The notes under the pieces: model-generated
What the model was told of the DNA's origin: nothing
The model's database searches: none
What the model saw: the letters and a program-made list of their open reading frames with translations, nothing else
Shown here: piece after piece, positions 12,412-21,379 of the stretch
Layout of the letters: the number at the start of each line of letters is the position of its first letter
Position numbering within the stretch: the stretch's first letter is position 1
From: an uncultured Oscillospiraceae bacterium
Lineage (GTDB): Bacteria; Bacillota; Clostridia; Oscillospirales; SIG627
Direction of reading: 5' to 3'
DNA length: 64,000 nucleotides
NCBI GenBank assembly: GCA_964558655.1
Contig: CAZLEX010000002.1
Span: 65,600-129,599, forward strand
Position numbers and translations under genes: made by a program

Positions 12412-13160
12412 TTTTCCTCCTTGTTTGTAGGGTAAAGTTTTTTCGGAATGTTTCTGTACGGAATAACCGTGTGATACGGGAGGGAGCGTGCCGTATTCGT
12501 AATTTGCTCTGAAAGATAAGCGGTGATTCTCTCTCTCTCTTCTTTCAAAGGCGACGACGGGGAGTATCTTGTCGGTTTACCTATGTACATTTTTTTCAGT
12601 TTCGGTGCTATGTAAAGCGGTACAAAGAGAAGTTCCTTGCCGCATTTTTTGTGATACATACTCGCAACATCGACGAATCTGTTCTGAAATTCGTAAAGTA
12701 TGTTGTTGTGTGGAACATTATGTTCCGGAAAAATTACAATGCTCGATCCCTCGCAAAGAAGGTTTATCGTCGTACGGAATGTCGACAAAAGCCGTGCGTC
12801 GTGATATACGGCTACCGTGTCGGCGTTTGTAAAAACAAGCTGTGAAAGCGGGGCTATAAGGTATGAAAGGACTTTGTAAAAAGGCCTGAGAAATTTTGGC
12901 TTTTCCGACCAAAAATCTTTATAGGCGTAAGAGGGAACATCTTTTATCTTCATCATTTCTCCGGCACACCAGGTATAACGGTTCGGAAGATATAACTCGC
13001 ATACGATAGGTCCGTTCATCTGAGAGTGATTGCCGACGAAAACAACCGGCTCGCCATCCGGAATGTTTTCAAGCCCCACGACTTCCGTTTTCGGATAAAT
13101 ATGTCCAACGACGAATTTTATCGCCTTGTATATCGGATATGTAATTTTTTTCTTTTTCAT
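12408..13160 (-). CDS. Lysophospholipid acyltransferase (PlsC/LPLAT)-family protein
   Basis: FVGNHSQMNGP (variant of the NHxxxxD block) and VIFPEH (FPEGT-like block). Start set at MKKKKITYP (13160). ATGA overlap with the downstream PAP2 gene. Confidence 0.6.
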   Translation of the reverse strand: MKKKKITYPIYKAIKFVVGHIYPKTEVVGLENIPDGEPVVFVGNHSQMNGPIVCELYLPNRYTWCAGEMMKIKDVPSYAYKDFWSEKPKFLRPFYKVLSYLIAPLSQLVFTNADTVAVYHDARLLSTFRTTINLLCEGSSIVIFPEHNVPHNNILYEFQNRFVDVASMYHKKCGKELLFVPLYIAPKLKKMYIGKPTRYSPSSPLKEERERITAYLSEQITNTARSLPYHTVIPYRNIPKKLYPTNKEEK

Positions 13161-13288
13161 TGCATTACCTGTGTTATTTATTAAAATAAGTTTAATGTCC
13201 CGACATTGAAAAGTCAATGGAAAAAAGGATAAAAAGGCAAAAAGTTTTGTCTTTTTATAGGGTTTGCGCGTTTAATTGCAGGTGCAAA

Positions 13289-14242
13289 TCAATAAAAATC
13301 CGTCCATATGTCGCCGTCGACTTCGTCCCCTCTTACCGAATTGTCGTAAAATTCGGATTCGGGCAAAATACTGATTTTACCGACTTTTGCCCCTTTTTCC
13401 AAAGTTAAGGAGATACTTAAAGTGTCCGACACTATTTCGGACGCTTCTCCGCTGTACGAAAGCGAAACCTCGCCTCTTATGACAATTCTGCCCGACACAT
13501 CGACATTATCCAATTTCATACTGCCGCTCACGCCGTCGGAAATTATCAAATCGGAACCGAAAGAGAGGTCTTTCAAAGTGAGTGAATTTGTTCTGATTAT
13601 TACATTCCCCGTAATGTTTTCCAAGTTTTCGAGGTCGTCGGCACTGTCGGCATACAGGGCAACAAGATTGTACATGACCTGTGCGAATTCAGCCCGTGTT
13701 ATGTTCCCACGCGGATTAAGTTTCCCGTATGAACCGCTCACATAACCTTTCTGTACCATAGAGGATATTGCTCCTCTTGCCCATACGGAAATATCTTCAA
13801 AGTCGGAAAAACGGGTAAGATATTCTTCGGAACCGTTTTCGTCCAAGCAAAACGCTCTTGCCAGGACGCAAAAAGCTTCTTCGCGAGTTACAAAATTTTC
13901 CGGATTCATGTGACCTGCTCCGTCACCCCGAAATACATTCATACAGTACGCTTTTGACATGGCATCTCTGTACCAGGCATTTTCGGGAATATCGGAAAAT
14001 TCGGAAATATCGGCAAGTGCTTCCGCACCGAAAGCTCTTGTGATGACCGTCGCCATCTGTGCTCTGGTCAGATAGTCACGGGGCTTCAGATAATTTCCCT
14101 CTCCCTTCAAAAGACCGTTGTCAACGGCACTTTGAAGAGCCTGTGAAGACCAGTCATCCGGCATATCTTCAAAGGCATAAACGGAAGAAGAAAAAATACC
14201 CAAAAGCATTGCCGCGACAAAAACATAAATTATTTTTTTCAT
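13289..14242 (-). CDS. Secreted SLH-domain protein
   Basis: Signal peptide (MKKIIYVFVAAMLLGIFSSSVYA) followed by three SLH-like repeats (FEDMPDDWSSQAL..., FSDIPENAWYRDAM..., FSDFEDISVWARGA...). Confidence 0.75.
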   Translation of the reverse strand: MKKIIYVFVAAMLLGIFSSSVYAFEDMPDDWSSQALQSAVDNGLLKGEGNYLKPRDYLTRAQMATVITRAFGAEALADISEFSDIPENAWYRDAMSKAYCMNVFRGDGAGHMNPENFVTREEAFCVLARAFCLDENGSEEYLTRFSDFEDISVWARGAISSMVQKGYVSGSYGKLNPRGNITRAEFAQVMYNLVALYADSADDLENLENITGNVIIRTNSLTLKDLSFGSDLIISDGVSGSMKLDNVDVSGRIVIRGEVSLSYSGEASEIVSDTLSISLTLEKGAKVGKISILPESEFYDNSVRGDEVDGDIWTDFY

Positions 14243-14302
14243 TACAGGATACTCCTTTTGGTGACCTTGTTCTTGAAAAATCAGGTTTTGCGGGAGAAAA
14301 AA

Positions 14303-14605
14303 TCAAAGATACTGTTCTATTTCTTCCTTTGTTCTGTAACCTATCAAAGTGTTTGATACTTCGCCGTTTTCAAAAATCAAAAGCGTCGGAATACTTACTA
14401 TGTTGTACTCTGCGGCAAGTGCGGGACAGTCGTCGACATTGACTTTGCCGACCGTTATATCCTGTCTTTCTTCGGCAATTTTTTCAATGTGCGGAGCAAT
14501 CATTTTGCAGGGACCGCACCATGACGCCCAAAAATCCACGAGTACTTTTTCGTTTTTGTTTACCGTCTCTTTAAAATTGTTTTGGTTAAGAATTATTTCG
14601 GCCAT
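14303..14605 (-). CDS. trxA: Thioredoxin
   Basis: 100 aa with the WCGPC active site. Confidence 0.95.
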   Translation of the reverse strand: MAEIILNQNNFKETVNKNEKVLVDFWASWCGPCKMIAPHIEKIAEERQDITVGKVNVDDCPALAAEYNIVSIPTLLIFENGEVSNTLIGYRTKEEIEQYL

Positions 14606-14616
14606 TTAAAACTCCT

Positions 14617-14820
14617 TTATTTGTGTTTGTAATAAAGCATACAGTGACAGTATCCCTCAAAATCGGGATCGGCTATCTGAGCCTTAAATTCGTCGCATAT
14701 GCATTTGTATTCTTCCTTTATTTCTCTGCGGCAGGGACAGTAACCGCCCCTTTTGGCGAGCCCTTCCTTTACGGTCTTTACTATTTCTTCGTTTTCGTTC
14801 AAAGTTATTTTCATTTTCAC
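14617..14820 (-). CDS. Mini ferredoxin-thioredoxin-reductase catalytic-subunit-like protein
   Basis: 67 aa with three CxC pairs, CPC (28/30), CIC (40/42) and CHC (58/60). This is the FTR catalytic-chain signature. It sits between cysK and trxA. Confidence 0.6.
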   Translation of the reverse strand: MKMKITLNENEEIVKTVKEGLAKRGGYCPCRREIKEEYKCICDEFKAQIADPDFEGYCHCMLYYKHK

Positions 14821-14821
14821 C

Positions 14822-15751
14822 TCAAAAAATGTTGCAGGATAAATACCGCTCTCCCGTGTCGGGCAAAAGAACTACGGCGTGAAGAGGAGTGCCTTTGGGC
14901 TGCCTTGACAAATATTTCACCGTTGCCGCAATTGCCGCACCGGAAGATATTCCAACGAGGAGTCCCTCGTTTTTCGCAATTTCACGGCAGGCATCGAGTG
15001 CTTCTTCGTCCGATACGGTCACAATTTCGTCAATGATGTCAAGGTTCAGTATTTCCGGCTTAAATCCCGCTCCGATACCCTGAATTGCGTGAGGTCCTTT
15101 TATCCCTTTTGTAAGAAAAGGAGAGGAGAGAGGCTCGGCACCGATAATTTTAATGTTCGGATTTTTTGCTTTAAGGTATTCTCCGACACCCGTTACGGTT
15201 CCTCCCGTTCCGATTCCCGCAACGAATATATCGACATTTCCGTCTGTGTCCTCCCAGATTTCCGGTCCCGTCGTTTTTATGTGAGATGCGGGATTTGCTT
15301 TGTTTGTAAACTGCGAGGGAATGAAAGAATTGGGTATTTCCCGTGCGAGTTCTTCGGCTTTTTTTATAGCCCCCGCCATTCCGAGTTTCCCGTCGGTCTT
15401 GACTACTTCGGCTCCGTATGCACGCATAAGGGCACATCTTTCGGGAGACATGGTGTCCGGCATTACGATAATTGCACGGTATTTGCGTTTCGCACAAACG
15501 GCACATAAGCCGATCCCGGTGTTTCCGCTTGTAGGTTCGATTATTACGGTATCCTTTGAAAGAAGTCCCTTTTCTTCGGCGTCGTTTATCATTTCGAGTG
15601 CGACACGGTCTTTTACCGAACCTGCCGGATTGAAAAATTCGACCTTTGCCGAAATTCTGAAATCAGTCCCTGCTTTTTCCTCGAAATGACTTAATCTTAC
15701 CAGCGGTGTTTTGCCTATGAGCTCTTCGATTCCGTTATATATTTTTTCCAT
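14822..15751 (-). CDS. cysK: Cysteine synthase A (O-acetylserine sulfhydrylase)
   Basis: PLP-lysine motif GSVKDR, then TSGNTG and GTGGT. 309 aa. Confidence 0.93.
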   Translation of the reverse strand: MEKIYNGIEELIGKTPLVRLSHFEEKAGTDFRISAKVEFFNPAGSVKDRVALEMINDAEEKGLLSKDTVIIEPTSGNTGIGLCAVCAKRKYRAIIVMPDTMSPERCALMRAYGAEVVKTDGKLGMAGAIKKAEELAREIPNSFIPSQFTNKANPASHIKTTGPEIWEDTDGNVDIFVAGIGTGGTVTGVGEYLKAKNPNIKIIGAEPLSSPFLTKGIKGPHAIQGIGAGFKPEILNLDIIDEIVTVSDEEALDACREIAKNEGLLVGISSGAAIAATVKYLSRQPKGTPLHAVVLLPDTGERYLSCNIF

Positions 15752-15879
15752 ACAATCATCTCCTTAATCAATAAAATTATACGCAATATACGATATTTTG
15801 TCAATGAGTTTACAATATTTTACAATTACGCTATTGACTTTTTTTCTTCGGGTGATAAAATTATCCGGAGGTGAAAAAA

Positions 15880-16596
15880 ATGTCATTAAAAAAGGAAATT
15901 GTCGTCACAAGTTTTGATGTAATGCCGGACAGCGTGATAAAGCCTTCGGCACTTTTCAGATATTTTCAGCAGACGGCACGCGAACATCTCGATTCTTTGG
16001 GACTGACTTTCGATGTGATGAAAAAAAACAATTGCGTGTTTGTTCTCACCCGCATGAAAACCCGTATTTACGAATCGATAAAAGGTTATGACGAAATATG
16101 TGTTGCGACTTCTTCGAGAAAAACAAAAGGAGCTGTTTTTATCCGTGATTTCAAGGTAACGAAAAATTCGCATCTTGTGGCGGAAGCGTCGACACAGTGG
16201 GCGATTATCGACCTTGAAAAGCGTATTCTCAGACGCCCTTCGGTTTATGCCGATTATTTCCCGGAAACCGAAGAACTCTGTTCGTTCGACAGCATTGAAA
16301 AATGTGCTTTTGAAAAGGAGTTTGAAAATCACTATGATTATAAAGTCACTTTTTCGGACATCGACGAAAATTATCATATGAACAATACCCGTTATTCCGA
16401 CATATGCCTTGATGCCGTAGACGGAATTGAAGAGGGAAAAACGATAGAAGAAGTGCTTATAGAGTTTAATTCGGAGGCGAGACTTTCCGACAGATTGTGT
16501 GTCGGGTATGAAAAAAACGATAATGCGTACTTGTTTTCGGCACAAAACGAAAATACGCAAAAGCATTGCTTTAATGCCGTAATTAAAATAAGGTGA
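15880..16596 (+). CDS. Acyl-ACP thioesterase
   Basis: Double hot-dog architecture, about 238 aa, and a typical FatA/B-like N-terminus. ATG at 15880 lies 8 nt after GGAGG, whereas the GTG at 15871 overlaps that RBS. Confidence 0.75.
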   Translation: MSLKKEIVVTSFDVMPDSVIKPSALFRYFQQTAREHLDSLGLTFDVMKKNNCVFVLTRMKTRIYESIKGYDEICVATSSRKTKGAVFIRDFKVTKNSHLVAEASTQWAIIDLEKRILRRPSVYADYFPETEELCSFDSIEKCAFEKEFENHYDYKVTFSDIDENYHMNNTRYSDICLDAVDGIEEGKTIEEVLIEFNSEARLSDRLCVGYEKNDNAYLFSAQNENTQKHCFNAVIKIR

Positions 16597-16612
16597 ACCT
16601 TTTCGGTTCGCC

Positions 16613-17152
16613 TTACTTTTTTTCCAAATATTTTATTGTTTTGAGTATCAGAAGCTGTGTTTTTCCATCATCTATCAAATTGCCGCAGACCAGCTCCTCT
16701 GCTTTTTGTATGGGTATTCGGACTATATCGAGGAATTCATCTTCGTCGGGGCTTTGAGTGCCCGAATACAGTCCGGTTGCAACATAAAGCTCTATTTTCT
16801 CGTCGCAGTAACCGGGAGAGGGGAGAAAAGAACCGAGATAAGTCATGTTTTTCGCTTTAAATCCGGTTTCTTCTTCAAGTTCCCTATGCGCACATTCCGG
16901 CGGGAGTTCTTCTTCCGCGTCGAGTTTTCCGGCAGGCAGTTCCAAAAGCTCTCTGCCTACGGGGTACCTGTACTGACGGACGAATATCAGGTCCCCGTCA
17001 TCCGTTACGGGTGCGATACATACGGCACCTTTGTGCCTTACGACATCACGCGACGATTGCCTGCCGTTTTCAAGTTCGACTTTGTCCGAATATACCGTGA
17101 GAATATTTCCTTTAAATTTAAGCTCCGATGACAGCTTTTTTTCCGTATGCAT
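16613..17152 (-). CDS. NUDIX hydrolase (ADP-ribose pyrophosphatase-like)
   Basis: Nudix box GKLDAEEELPPECAHRELEEETGF. Confidence 0.85.
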   Translation of the reverse strand: MHTEKKLSSELKFKGNILTVYSDKVELENGRQSSRDVVRHKGAVCIAPVTDDGDLIFVRQYRYPVGRELLELPAGKLDAEEELPPECAHRELEEETGFKAKNMTYLGSFLPSPGYCDEKIELYVATGLYSGTQSPDEDEFLDIVRIPIQKAEELVCGNLIDDGKTQLLILKTIKYLEKK

Positions 17153-17160
17153 ATTTTTAC

Positions 17161-18363
17161 CTAAAAGCTTATTATTTCGTTATAGGTCTCAATGGCGAAT
17201 TTATCCGTCATTCCCGACATATAAGTGATAATGGCTTTTTTATAGCTCCTTTCGTCCGTTATGTCAAAAACGGTTCTGTTTTTGTAAATGTTTGCGTCTT
17301 TTTCGGCGGTATATCCATGAAGCCAGTCGGTGAAACGGCGTATGAGTACCGGGTAGTACCGCGATATTTTTTCAAGCTCCTCATTTGTCTTTTCACCTTT
17401 GTAAGCACTTGCCAGCAGGGAAAAAATCTGATTTAAAACCAAATCGAAAAATTTGTCCGAATATTCCACTCTCTCACATCTGTATATGTTTTTCAAATTG
17501 AAAGCGTTCATCACATCCATAGCTTCTTTCAGTTCGGGAGAAAGCGCAACGCCTCTTTCGGGACTGCTGTTTTCGCATACATTGGATATAAAGCGGTTTA
17601 TCAGAACGGTATTGTTGATTTTTTCTCCGAGAACCTCCGAGAGTTCGTCCTGTAGACTTTCTATCATTCCTTCGTTTAAGATTCCCAGATGCACGGCGTC
17701 TTCCATGTCACGCCCTATGTACGATATTTTGTCCGAAATTTTTACCACGCACGCCTCATATGTGAACGGAGAATATTGGTTGGGACGGACAAAATTTTCA
17801 AGGTCTATAAATTCCTCGCGGGGAATAATACCGTCTTCGGACACTTCTCCGCAATGGGAAATAATTCCGTCACGCACGGCGTAAGTTAAATCCAGATTTC
17901 TTCGGCATTTGTCGTAATCTTCCAAAAGTTCTATGCTGTCGACCGCATAAAGACCGTTTTTTTCATGCCAAAATTCTTCGCCTATGTGTTCTTTGGACAG
18001 TTTTGAGAGAAATTTTTCTCCTTTGTGACCGAACGGCGGGTGTCCCAAGTCGTGAGATACCGAAATGGCACGCGTAAGTTCGGTGTTGAGGCCGAGATAC
18101 TTCGCAATGGTGTAGCTTATCGATTCAACATGGTTTACATGCTCAATTCTCGTACAGATATGGTCACTTTGCGGGGAGAAGAAGACCTGCGTTTTGTTCC
18201 GCAGACGGCGGTATGCCGAACAGTGAACAATTCTCGTGTAGTCTCTCAAAAAAGGGCTTCTCATATCTCCGTCCTGACGGTAAAGCTCACTCGTGCGGGA
18301 AATACATTCTTCCCACTTCGGATTTCCGGGCGACGCGGAATATTTTTCCAGAATGTTTAGCAT
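17161..18363 (-). CDS. dGTPase-like HD-domain triphosphohydrolase
   Basis: HD motif HDLGHPPFGH. I chose the ATG at 18363, 6 nt after GGAGG, over the upstream TTG at 18387. Confidence 0.85.
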   Translation of the reverse strand: MLNILEKYSASPGNPKWEECISRTSELYRQDGDMRSPFLRDYTRIVHCSAYRRLRNKTQVFFSPQSDHICTRIEHVNHVESISYTIAKYLGLNTELTRAISVSHDLGHPPFGHKGEKFLSKLSKEHIGEEFWHEKNGLYAVDSIELLEDYDKCRRNLDLTYAVRDGIISHCGEVSEDGIIPREEFIDLENFVRPNQYSPFTYEACVVKISDKISYIGRDMEDAVHLGILNEGMIESLQDELSEVLGEKINNTVLINRFISNVCENSSPERGVALSPELKEAMDVMNAFNLKNIYRCERVEYSDKFFDLVLNQIFSLLASAYKGEKTNEELEKISRYYPVLIRRFTDWLHGYTAEKDANIYKNRTVFDITDERSYKKAIITYMSGMTDKFAIETYNEIISF

Positions 18364-18409
18364 AACACCCCTCCGTTTCTTACTCAATTATAGCAGAAAG
18401 GAGGAATAT

Positions 18410-18703
18410 TTACAAGAGTTTTTTTCTTTTCGGCACTTTTCTGACGCATGGATATGAGCGGGAGATGAGGATAAGGTCGTCTCCTATTCTCTCAATGTCG
18501 GAAAAGGCGAATTTTTTCCATTCCCTCGCTTTAAGTCCGAAAGCGTCTTTATGAACGGGTACCGTAAAATATTTTATTTCACCGCTCTTCATGTCTATTT
18601 CGGCATCGCATATAAACCCGAGCCGTTCTCCCGTCGAGCAGTTTACAATTTCCTTTTTTTCAAGTTCTCTGAATGTGGCAAAAGCCGGGCAAGCGTCTTC
18701 CAT
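18410..18703 (-). CDS. YlmC/YmxH-family PRC-barrel sporulation protein
   Basis: 97 aa. The CSTGERLGFICDAEIDMKSGEIKYFTVP pattern is typical of this family. Confidence 0.7.
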   Translation of the reverse strand: MEDACPAFATFRELEKKEIVNCSTGERLGFICDAEIDMKSGEIKYFTVPVHKDAFGLKAREWKKFAFSDIERIGDDLILISRSYPCVRKVPKRKKLL

Positions 18704-18717
18704 GCAAACCTCCTAAA

Positions 18718-19443
18718 TCAATAGTAACCGTTGTGCCGTGTAATATCTTTTTTCAGCTGCCGTATAATCTTTTTTTCAAGTCTCGATATGTAAGACTGGG
18801 AAATTCCCATTTCGTCGGCAAGGTCTTTTTGCGTCATTTCACGGCTTCCGTAAAGTCCGAAACGCTTTGCTATTATCTCTTTTTCCCTTTGGGAAAGTCT
18901 TGACACGGCTTGACGGACGATAACTTTTTCTTCCTCTTCTTCAAGTCTTTCGTGCACATCTTTTTCGGTACTGCCGAGAATATCGGACAGCAAAAGTTCG
19001 TTTCCGTCCCAGTCGCAAGACAATGGCTCATCAATGGAAATTTCGAGTTTTTGGGAATTGATTTTTCTGATATACATAAGAATTTCGTTTTCTATACATT
19101 TTGAGGCGTAGGTCGCTATTTTTATGTTTTTGTCGGGACGGAAAGTGTTCAGAGCCTTAACCAGCCCTATCGTGCCGATTGAAACCAGGTCTTCGTTACC
19201 GATACCCGTGTTTTCAAACTTTTTCGCAATGTAGACGACAAGTCTCAAATTGTGTTCGATGAGTTTGTCACGGCAGGACTGTCTGTAACTTCCGTCTTCT
19301 GATATCAGTCCCTCTATCGCACTTTTTTCCTCCTGTGCACTCAAAGGTGCGGGGAGAGATTGAGTGCCGTTTGTATAGTATATTTCGGCGCAATTTTCTT
19401 TATGAAAAAATTTTTTGAGAAAAGCTTTGATTTTTTTAATCAT
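18718..19443 (-). CDS. sigE: Sporulation sigma factor SigE (pro-sigma-E)
   Basis: Sigma-70 regions 2-4 with an N-terminal pro-sequence. It lies directly downstream of the spoIIGA-like gene. Confidence 0.85.
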   Translation of the reverse strand: MIKKIKAFLKKFFHKENCAEIYYTNGTQSLPAPLSAQEEKSAIEGLISEDGSYRQSCRDKLIEHNLRLVVYIAKKFENTGIGNEDLVSIGTIGLVKALNTFRPDKNIKIATYASKCIENEILMYIRKINSQKLEISIDEPLSCDWDGNELLLSDILGSTEKDVHERLEEEEEKVIVRQAVSRLSQREKEIIAKRFGLYGSREMTQKDLADEMGISQSYISRLEKKIIRQLKKDITRHNGYY

Positions 19444-19454
19444 TTCGGTTTACC

Positions 19455-20234
19455 TCACCTTACAATCGGAATAATGCCGTCAAATCCGCAAAAATCGTTA
19501 CAGTGCGGATCGGGAAGCAGGAGAAAGTCCTCTTTGTCGTAATTTTTTCTGTCGAATTTTATTTTGTCGGGTACATATGCGTTAAGTACGGTTTTTCCCG
19601 TCGCACTTCTTACGGAAACGGGATAAAATTTTCCAAGAGATGAAAAATCCAGACGACTTGCGGCCTTTTTGCCTATGAAAATTATTCTTTTGCCGCTCGT
19701 CTGTTCAAATGCGAAGTTTCCGCTGTCAATCATCAGGGTAAGAGTTGCCTCTTTTTCTCCCGTTTTTATCTTTGCTTCAACGCATATTGCCTGCATGCTT
19801 CTTGCCGTTCTCTTTTGCAGAACCGTAAAAACGGTTTCGGCCGTAAGTGCAAGCATTATGACCGGAAGCGGAAGAAGTGCGGCGGAAAAACTTTTCCGTA
19901 TGACGCTTTCAATGGAGGTAAGAATTCCTCCGACGAATATTTCGGAACATAAAAATGTGAAAAAAGGGAATAAGGCGGGAGGCGGAAAAACGATAAGGCA
20001 CATCAAATACCCTGCGGGGAGCAAAATAAGACAGGAGAGAAATGTTTTTTGAAAAAGCAGAAACAGTGATACGGCACCTCCCAGAGCCGAGGCAAGGCAC
20101 AGTTTTGCCGTGTGCGGATTTTTATGCGATATACGGCAGGAAGCGTAAAGAGATATGTAGTCGATACAAAAATTCACAAAAAAGTATATGTCAATATAAA
20201 TTTTTATCACCTCGCATACAAATATATCAAACAT
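19455..20234 (-). CDS. spoIIGA: Sigma-E processing peptidase SpoIIGA
   Basis: Five N-terminal TM helices plus a C-terminal aspartic-protease-like domain (MIDSGN). It occupies the conserved position upstream of sigE. Confidence 0.75.
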   Translation of the reverse strand: MFDIFVCEVIKIYIDIYFFVNFCIDYISLYASCRISHKNPHTAKLCLASALGGAVSLFLLFQKTFLSCLILLPAGYLMCLIVFPPPALFPFFTFLCSEIFVGGILTSIESVIRKSFSAALLPLPVIMLALTAETVFTVLQKRTARSMQAICVEAKIKTGEKEATLTLMIDSGNFAFEQTSGKRIIFIGKKAASRLDFSSLGKFYPVSVRSATGKTVLNAYVPDKIKFDRKNYDKEDFLLLPDPHCNDFCGFDGIIPIVR

Positions 20235-20336
20235 CGGACACTTTTTTTGTCAAAAAAGCGGGAGAGCAAAGGAATATCAAAAAAATTGCCGGGCTTTTCG
20301 CTCTGTCGTATTGTAGGGTAAAAAGGCGTATTTCGT

Positions 20337-20365
20337 TTTGACAAGGCGTTGACGGTGTGATATAA
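20337..20365 (+). promoter_or_regulatory. Candidate sigma-A promoter for the metallophosphoesterase gene
   Basis: Consensus TTGACA (20337-20342), 17-nt spacer, TATAAT (20360-20365). Confidence 0.6.
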
Positions 20366-20436
20366 TATCTTTGAGATGTAATGATACTTTGCCTTCTATA
20401 TAAAATATAAAATAAAAAGCGAAAGGAAAAAGAAAA

Positions 20437-21273
20437 ATGAATTTTATTCACACAACTTTAAATGTGGGTGCGGAAGTGCCTTTTTCCGCAATTCATATAA
20501 CGGATACTCACATTGTGCTTTCCGATGACAGAGACGATGAACGCAAGGCAAAACTTGCCGAACAGCGAGGGGAGATTCCGAAGTTTACGGGTGCGTGGGA
20601 ACTGTTAAAAATAGCTTCGGAAATGTCGAAAAAAGACTCTCTTCCGATTCTGCATACGGGAGATTTTATCGATTTTGTATCTTATGCCAATCTGGACGCC
20701 GTAAAAAAATATGTAAGTGAAAACGATTTTTTTATGGCGGCGGGCAATCACGAGTTTTCTCTTTATGTCGGAGAAGCCGTTGAAGATGCCGCTTACCGAA
20801 ATCAGAGTCTTGCGAGAGTACAGGCGTCTTTTTCAAACGATATACGGTTTTCTTCCCGTGTTATAAACGGAGTAAATTTCATCGCGCTCGATAACTCCTA
20901 TTATTTGATTGAATATGAACAGCTGGAAAAGCTGAAAAAAGAAGTCGGCAGGGGAATACCGACGGTGCTTCTCGTGCATACGCCGCTGTATGAAGATGGG
21001 CTTTACAATTTTCATCGCAGACTTCATGAGGGACAGCCGACATTTTTGATGAATGTTCCCGAAGAGAAAACGGAGTATTACGATAAGAATAGCCGTGAGA
21101 TACAGCGTGCCGACGAAATTACACGGGAAGCATACGATTACATAACGAATACTCCTTTGATAAAGGCGGTTTTGTGCGGACATCTTCATTACGATTACGA
21201 CGGCGAAATTACTCCGTCTCTGCCTCAGATTGTGACGGGCTGGTCAACAATAAGAAGAATAGATTTTAAGTGA
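20437..21273 (+). CDS. Metallophosphoesterase
   Basis: Calcineurin-like motifs are present (ITDTH, GDFIDF, GNHE, GHLH). Confidence 0.7.
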   Translation: MNFIHTTLNVGAEVPFSAIHITDTHIVLSDDRDDERKAKLAEQRGEIPKFTGAWELLKIASEMSKKDSLPILHTGDFIDFVSYANLDAVKKYVSENDFFMAAGNHEFSLYVGEAVEDAAYRNQSLARVQASFSNDIRFSSRVINGVNFIALDNSYYLIEYEQLEKLKKEVGRGIPTVLLVHTPLYEDGLYNFHRRLHEGQPTFLMNVPEEKTEYYDKNSREIQRADEITREAYDYITNTPLIKAVLCGHLHYDYDGEITPSLPQIVTGWSTIRRIDFK

Positions 21274-21321
21274 AAAATGCGTCGGAATATCCCGTGAATT
21301 TGCACATTTTTGCGAAAAAGC

Positions 21322-21350
21322 TTGAAAAAAGCCGAAAAAGGTGGTACAAT
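21322..21350 (+). promoter_or_regulatory. Candidate extended -10 promoter for the LtaS-like gene
   Basis: TTGAAA (21322-21327), 17 nt, TGgTACAAT (21342-21350). This places the track start at 21341 inside the promoter. Confidence 0.55.
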
Positions 21351-21379
21351 ACCCAAAAAATTTATGTTATGAGGGTATT

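Noticed and set aside
15886-16566. 226-aa minus-strand ORF
   Set aside because: It is antisense to the acyl-ACP thioesterase gene and has no recognisable motifs.
16613-18363. dGTPase-like HD hydrolase plus NUDIX hydrolase as a possible nucleotide-depletion anti-phage defence pair
   Set aside because: Both look like the ordinary housekeeping versions. They sit among core sporulation and metabolism genes with host-like composition, with no accessory partners or mobile flanks. The idea is not excluded, but nothing in the sequence supports it.
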